NCBI GenBank assembly: GCA_049323935.1
Contig: JBMONN010000037.1
Coordinates: 63,476-127,475 of the forward strand
From: Thermodesulfobacteriota bacterium
GTDB taxonomy: Bacteria; Desulfobacterota; Desulfobulbia; Desulfobulbales; SURF-16
DNA: 64,000 bases
Direction: 5' to 3'
A program made the position numbers and the translations under genes. Below, in pieces: positions 59,776 through 64,000 of this stretch (the first letter of the stretch is position 1; every line of letters begins with the position of its first letter). The notes under the pieces are model-generated. The model saw only the letters and a list, made by a program, of their open reading frames with translations. It did not search any database and was not told where the DNA came from.

Positions 59776-61887
59776 TTACAGCTCAAGGATAAATTCGTAT
59801 TCCAGTTTACTTTTGCTGAAATGGTTAAGAATATTCTTCAGATCCTGCAGGGTTTCCGCGGTAAAATTGACCTCCCAGGCCGTGATCTCCGGCCTGGTCG
59901 ACAGAGCAATCACCTCACTGATCTTCATGGCCAGCGGGGCGACACTGAGGAGCATGAACATCCGGTTGCGGGGGATATTTTTATAGATCAGCAGGGACTG
60001 CGGCTTTTCCAGCGGGGTCTTCTTGAGATTCCAGCGCACCGCCACGACGTCCTCCCGCTGAATCTTCAGGGCATTAAGCTTCGGACACTCCTTTTTATGG
60101 ACGGAGAGCCCGCGCTCGCTCAGCAGACCGAGGAGACTCTTGTCAATGGGCAGAGGCTGGCAGCACTGGGAGAGCTTGACGCATTCCGGATCCAAAGATT
60201 CAAGATCAATGCTGTTTAACGCCCCGGTCGGCGGCTGCAGCATCTGCCTGCCAGCATAGAGACCGTGGGTGATCTCATAGACAAGCTCCTTAAGCCGCAG
60301 GTTGCCCTGGCCGACATCCAAAAAGAGTCCGGCGAGATTCTCTTTGCCAAAATACTCAAGGATGTCACAGGTCTCGTCCGTATCGAGGACGGCGAAAGGT
60401 ACCCCATACCGTTGCAGCTCCTGGCGCAACAGCGATCGGCCGATGTCGCGGGCCAGGGACTCCCGTTTCAGGCGGAACAGCCGGGCCAGCTCGGAACGGG
60501 CGCGCGGAGTCTGACAACGATGGAGGATGTCCGGATCAAATCTGACCGGCCGCTCCTGGGTATTGATCTGAATACGATCGCCGTCCTTTAACACATAATC
60601 AGGTTTGACCGTTTTGCCGCCGACCATGGCCGAGATGCAGTGGAGGCCAACCTCGGTATGCACCTTGAAAGCGAAATCAAGGACAATACTCTGACTCGGC
60701 AGGCAATGGCAGTCGCCCTTCGGGGTGAAGGTGTAAATCTCCTTTTTGCCGCTGGCGGCGATCATCTCCCGATAGGAAAGGCTCTCGTCCGTCCCGAGGA
60801 TGCCGAACATCTCGCGGATCTCCCGCTCGAAACTGGTCGGCACCGTACCCAGGGACAGCCATTCCCGGATGATGCCTTTTTTGGCGTCATGCACCATCTG
60901 CAAGGTTCTGATCTTGAACAGATAGTTCTGGCCCCTGATGTTGGCCCGGGCATGCAGGCTCTTGTAGCCGGTGGGTTTCGGATTGGCGATAAAGTCATGG
61001 ATCGTGCGGGGGATGGGCGGGAAATGCTGGTTGATAATGCCGAGGGCCCGATAACAGGACTGGAGATCATCAACGACAATAATAATCTCCAGTGGATTTT
61101 CAATATCACGGACCAGGACGTTTTCGCTGGGGTTGTAATAGGCCCAGAGGCCCTTGGCCTTCAGGCGGATATCGGCAGATACCCAGGACTGTTCAAAGGC
61201 CTCCTTCAGGGTGTCCACCACTCTTCTGTTTCCTTCTTCCAGAGCCTGCAGATGGCGGATATGGGCAAGCACCTTCTGACTCTGGCGGGGGAACTTGTAG
61301 GTCAAAGCTATGTCGTAGAGTTCCCGCTTCAGACCGAAAAGCCCCATGACACCGGCCATGGGGGCATAGACGTTGAGCGTCTCATCGGCGATCTTCTGCC
61401 TTTTGTGCTTGGGCATGGAGGCCATGGTGCGCAAATTGTGGAGCCGATCGGCAAGCTTGATCAGCATGATCTCGATGCGGGAAGCGGCACCGGAAAAGAT
61501 CTTGCGGTGCACCAGCTTGTAGAAGGTCTGACGGTCACCGGAAAAATGGCTGATCTTGGTGCAGCCGTCAACAATGGCAGCTACATGCTTGCCGAACAGG
61601 GAGCTGATAAGATCGGTGGTAACCTCAGGAACATCCTCGATCGTATCATGCAGCATGGCCGCCGCCAAAGTCGCCGGATCCTTGACCCCGAGCTCATCCA
61701 CCAGGATGAGAGCCACCTGGCAGGGATGACTGACATAGGCCTCGCCGGACTTACGCTTCTGGTTCTGGTGCGCGTCAACCGAAAAGGAGAGCGCCTTCCA
61801 GAAGAGGGCTGCCTGCCCCTCCTGGCCGCCGATGAGTTTCTCCATCTTCCGGCAGTAGGCGGCTATGTCAAATTTGCTGGGCTGCAT
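59776..61887 (-). CDS. spoT: Bifunctional (p)ppGpp synthetase/hydrolase (RelA/SpoT homolog)
   Basis: 703 aa. Intact HD motif (HPCQVA...LHDTIEDV), synthetase block (YKSLHA), TGS (YTFTPKGD) and a C-terminal ACT-like region. Confidence 0.93.
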   Translation of the reverse strand: MQPSKFDIAAYCRKMEKLIGGQEGQAALFWKALSFSVDAHQNQKRKSGEAYVSHPCQVALILVDELGVKDPATLAAAMLHDTIEDVPEVTTDLISSLFGKHVAAIVDGCTKISHFSGDRQTFYKLVHRKIFSGAASRIEIMLIKLADRLHNLRTMASMPKHKRQKIADETLNVYAPMAGVMGLFGLKRELYDIALTYKFPRQSQKVLAHIRHLQALEEGNRRVVDTLKEAFEQSWVSADIRLKAKGLWAYYNPSENVLVRDIENPLEIIIVVDDLQSCYRALGIINQHFPPIPRTIHDFIANPKPTGYKSLHARANIRGQNYLFKIRTLQMVHDAKKGIIREWLSLGTVPTSFEREIREMFGILGTDESLSYREMIAASGKKEIYTFTPKGDCHCLPSQSIVLDFAFKVHTEVGLHCISAMVGGKTVKPDYVLKDGDRIQINTQERPVRFDPDILHRCQTPRARSELARLFRLKRESLARDIGRSLLRQELQRYGVPFAVLDTDETCDILEYFGKENLAGLFLDVGQGNLRLKELVYEITHGLYAGRQMLQPPTGALNSIDLESLDPECVKLSQCCQPLPIDKSLLGLLSERGLSVHKKECPKLNALKIQREDVVAVRWNLKKTPLEKPQSLLIYKNIPRNRMFMLLSVAPLAMKISEVIALSTRPEITAWEVNFTAETLQDLKNILNHFSKSKLEYEFILEL

Positions 61888-62105
61888 AAAAAAAATTTCA
61901 GATTTCCGTCCGAAAGTGGTACTGTTGAGTCAGTGATTTTGTAACCGCTTCTTATTATTAAAATAATATTCGAAAAAAGGAAAGCGGGAAAACGGATATT
62001 TTGCCCGGTTCCCCCTCTGTCCGGCAGATCGACCCTGCCGCGTCAGGGTCGGAACGGCAGAGGGCCGATCCCTTTTTTCAGCATTATCAAACCCATGGGG
62101 TGAAA

Positions 62106-64000
62106 ATGGCGCCGAGAAGAGTCACGGGTAAACGGGCCGGCTACCGGCAGAGCCGGGGCAGACGGAGAAAAACGGAGCATCAGGCCCCCCGCCGCTATGA
62201 GCCGGTGCGGGAGGCAAAGGCTGCCCGGACGGCCAGAATGGCGGAGGATGCGCTTCTCTGTCTGCTCCATGACCGCGGCGAGGAAGCGGATATGAAGGAG
62301 ATCATCGCCGTCCTGGCGGAAAGCCGGGGCCAGCGCAAGGAGATTGAGATGCTGCTCGACGATCTCGAACACCGCCAGCTACTCAGAAAGGTGGGGAAAA
62401 AGCGCTACCGCCTCAATGCAGACCATTTTGCCGAGGCGATCGTTGCCGTCCACCCCCGCGGCTTTGCCTTTGCCACCCCGACCCAGCAGCCCGCCGCCTC
62501 GGCCGGAGCTAAGGATATCTTCATCCCCCCCCGTGATCTGGGCAATGCCATGCACGGCGACCATATTCTCGTTCAGTTCACCGCGGACCGCCGCGGCCGC
62601 CGGGAGGGGCGGGTGGTAACCGTGCTGGGTCGGGCGGCCAAACGGATCGTCGGCGTCTACAGCGAGCGGGGCAGGGAAGGGCGGGTCACCCCGGAGGACG
62701 AACGCTACCCCTTTACTGTGACGGTGGCGGAAGACAAAACCGGCACGGCCCAAGACGGCGACGCGGTGCTGGTCGAGATCAGCGATTTCGGCACCGATGG
62801 TTCGCCGGCCGCCGGTACCGTCATCGAGGTACTGGGTGATCCCGACTCCAGCCGAGTCCAGATGGAGATGGTGATCCGCAAATTCGACCTGCCCCATGTC
62901 TTTCAGGAGGCCAGCCTGGCTGAGGCCAACCGTTTTCCCGATCAGGTCATTCTCACCCCGGATCGCACCGATCTGCGCGATATCCTCCATGTGACCATCG
63001 ACGGCGAGACGGCCCGGGATTTCGACGACGCCGTTGCGGTGCTGAAGACGAAAAAGGGCTATCGCCTCTATGTCTCCATTGCCGATGTCAGCCATTATGT
63101 CCGGCCCGGCACATCACTTGATCGGGACGCCTGGGAACGCGGCACCAGCGTCTATTTCCCCACCGGGGTTGTGCCGATGCTGCCGGAGCGGCTCTCCAAC
63201 AACCTGTGCAGCCTCAACCCGGAGGTGGATCGCTACGCCTTTACCGCCATCCTCGATTTCGACCGCAACGGTCAGCGGCAGACGACCCGTTTTGTCAAAA
63301 GTGTCATCCGCAGCGCCTACCGACTCACCTATACCCTGGTCCGGCGGATTGTGGTGGACCGCGAGGCTTCGGTTCGCCGCCTCTACAAGCCTCTGCTTAC
63401 CCCGCTTAAATGGATGGCCGAGCTGGCCAGCGGGCTCGAGCAGCAACGGATCGACCGGGGCAGCATGGGCTTTGAGATTCCTGAACCCTTTGTCGAGATC
63501 GACGCCTCCAGTGACCGGGTCGCCGCCATCTCCGTGCAGGAGCGCAATCTGGCCCACAAAATCATCGAGGAGTTCATGCTGGCTGCCAACGAGGCGGTGG
63601 CGGCAACCTTCACCCGCCGCCATGTCGCCGCCCTCTACCGGGTCCACCAGGCTCCCGAGCCGACAAAGGTCGCGGAGTTCGCCGAGTTCATGGCCTCGAT
63701 GGGTTACCAGCTCAAGGGCGATCGCTATGACTCACGCTGGTTCAATCGCCTTATCGAGCAGACCAGGGGGACGAGCCGGGAATATCTGGTCAGCAATCTC
63801 ATCCTGCGGACCATGCAGCAGGCCCGCTACGCCCCGGACAACATCGGCCATTTCGGACTGGCGGCCGCTGATTATACCCATTTCACCTCGCCCATCCGCC
63901 GCTATCCCGACCTGATGGTTCACCGTGCCTTGCAGCAACATCTCTGGCCGGACAAACAGCAGACCAGGCCACCTGTTGATCTCCACGAAGCTGGCGAGTT
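62106..64000 (+). CDS. rnr: Ribonuclease R (5' part; continues beyond the window)
   Basis: Open-ended, so not in the ORF track. My in-frame translation gives ...ILHVTIDGETARDFDDAVAV..YVSIADVSHYV..GTSVYFPTGVVPMLPERLSNNLCSLNP (RNB domain). ATG 62106 gives an Arg-rich N-terminal extension; the alternative start is ATG 62238 (MAEDALLCLL, HTH-like). Confidence 0.9.
   Translation, partial: MAPRRVTGKRAGYRQSRGRRRKTEHQAPRRYEPVREAKAARTARMAEDALLCLLHDRGEEADMKEIIAVLAESRGQRKEIEMLLDDLEHRQLLRKVGKKRYRLNADHFAEAIVAVHPRGFAFATPTQQPAASAGAKDIFIPPRDLGNAMHGDHILVQFTADRRGRREGRVVTVLGRAAKRIVGVYSERGREGRVTPEDERYPFTVTVAEDKTGTAQDGDAVLVEISDFGTDGSPAAGTVIEVLGDPDSSRVQMEMVIRKFDLPHVFQEASLAEANRFPDQVILTPDRTDLRDILHVTIDGETARDFDDAVAVLKTKKGYRLYVSIADVSHYVRPGTSLDRDAWERGTSVYFPTGVVPMLPERLSNNLCSLNPEVDRYAFTAILDFDRNGQRQTTRFVKSVIRSAYRLTYTLVRRIVVDREASVRRLYKPLLTPLKWMAELASGLEQQRIDRGSMGFEIPEPFVEIDASSDRVAAISVQERNLAHKIIEEFMLAANEAVAATFTRRHVAALYRVHQAPEPTKVAEFAEFMASMGYQLKGDRYDSRWFNRLIEQTRGTSREYLVSNLILRTMQQARYAPDNIGHFGLAAADYTHFTSPIRRYPDLMVHRALQQHLWPDKQQTRPPVDLHEAGE

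Noticed and set aside
62525-62532. C8 homopolymer inside rnr (ATC CCC CCC CGT), considered as a phase-variation tract.
   Set aside because: A single short tract in an essential-type housekeeping gene, read through in frame. It is much shorter than typical contingency-locus repeats.
63070-63915. 281-aa plus-strand track ORF within the rnr region.
   Set aside because: It is out of frame relative to the clear RNase R reading frame (RNB-domain motifs), and its translation is Pro/Ser/Arg-rich with no motifs.

Overview
This GC-rich 64 kb window is almost entirely core chromosome. By gene content it comes from an anaerobic, probably Desulfobacterota-like (deltaproteobacterial) organism; that placement is inference only. 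Coding density is high, and many neighbouring genes share 4-nt ATGA start/stop overlaps.

Gene content, left to right:
- 1-6.7 kb: T2SS/T4P-like operon (gspE-F, minor pseudopilins H/J/I/K, a PilM-PilN-type GspL, GspM).
- 6.7-8.8 kb: GltD/NfnB-like oxidoreductase and an orphan cheX.
- 9.1-15.0 kb: F1 plus b/b' part of a split ATP synthase operon.
- 15.3-24.1 kb: alaS, recA, cinA, mtaB-like, mnmA and a U32 'peptidase'.
- 24.6-29.2 kb: an ATGA-coupled HDOD hybrid histidine kinase, MerR-HTH/MinD-like ATPase and ExeA-like AAA+ ATPase module.
- 29.4-31.7 kb: yajC, tgt, rph.
- 31.9-34.9 kb: a roughly 1,030 aa fusion of radical-SAM, ArsM-like methyltransferase and Cys-rich domains.
- 35.0-47.5 kb: mutM, a Kef-type antiporter, bioF/bioB/pcnB, an NMO/FabK-family protein, HAD and NUDIX hydrolases, rpsA-sppA-ihfB, tsaC.
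- 47.7-50.0 kb: a HEAT-repeat protein, a NIL-domain ferredoxin and an M20 peptidase.
- 50.1-53.8 kb: a consensus parS, then parA-parB-pyrK-pyrD.
- 53.8-59.8 kb: small DUF1232, YkgJ and YrfG-like genes, a UPF0280 protein, a TIGR04282/TIGR04283-like transferase pair, cvpA, a PPTase and a Crp/Fnr regulator.
- 59.8-64.0 kb: an RSH (p)ppGpp enzyme and the 5' part of rnr.

Reading by eye I found no rRNA, tRNA, CRISPR array, transposase, integrase or phage gene.

The most unusual items are:
- the radical-SAM/ArsM/Cys-rich fusion gene, possibly linked to the distant transferase pair;
- the kinase/MinD/ExeA module sitting where secDF normally follows yajC;
- a 182-bp inverted-repeat element whose arms carry DnaA-box-like sequences;
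- a T2SS-like operon without major pseudopilin or secretin genes in view.

All functional calls come from motif recognition in the supplied translations, not from database searches.
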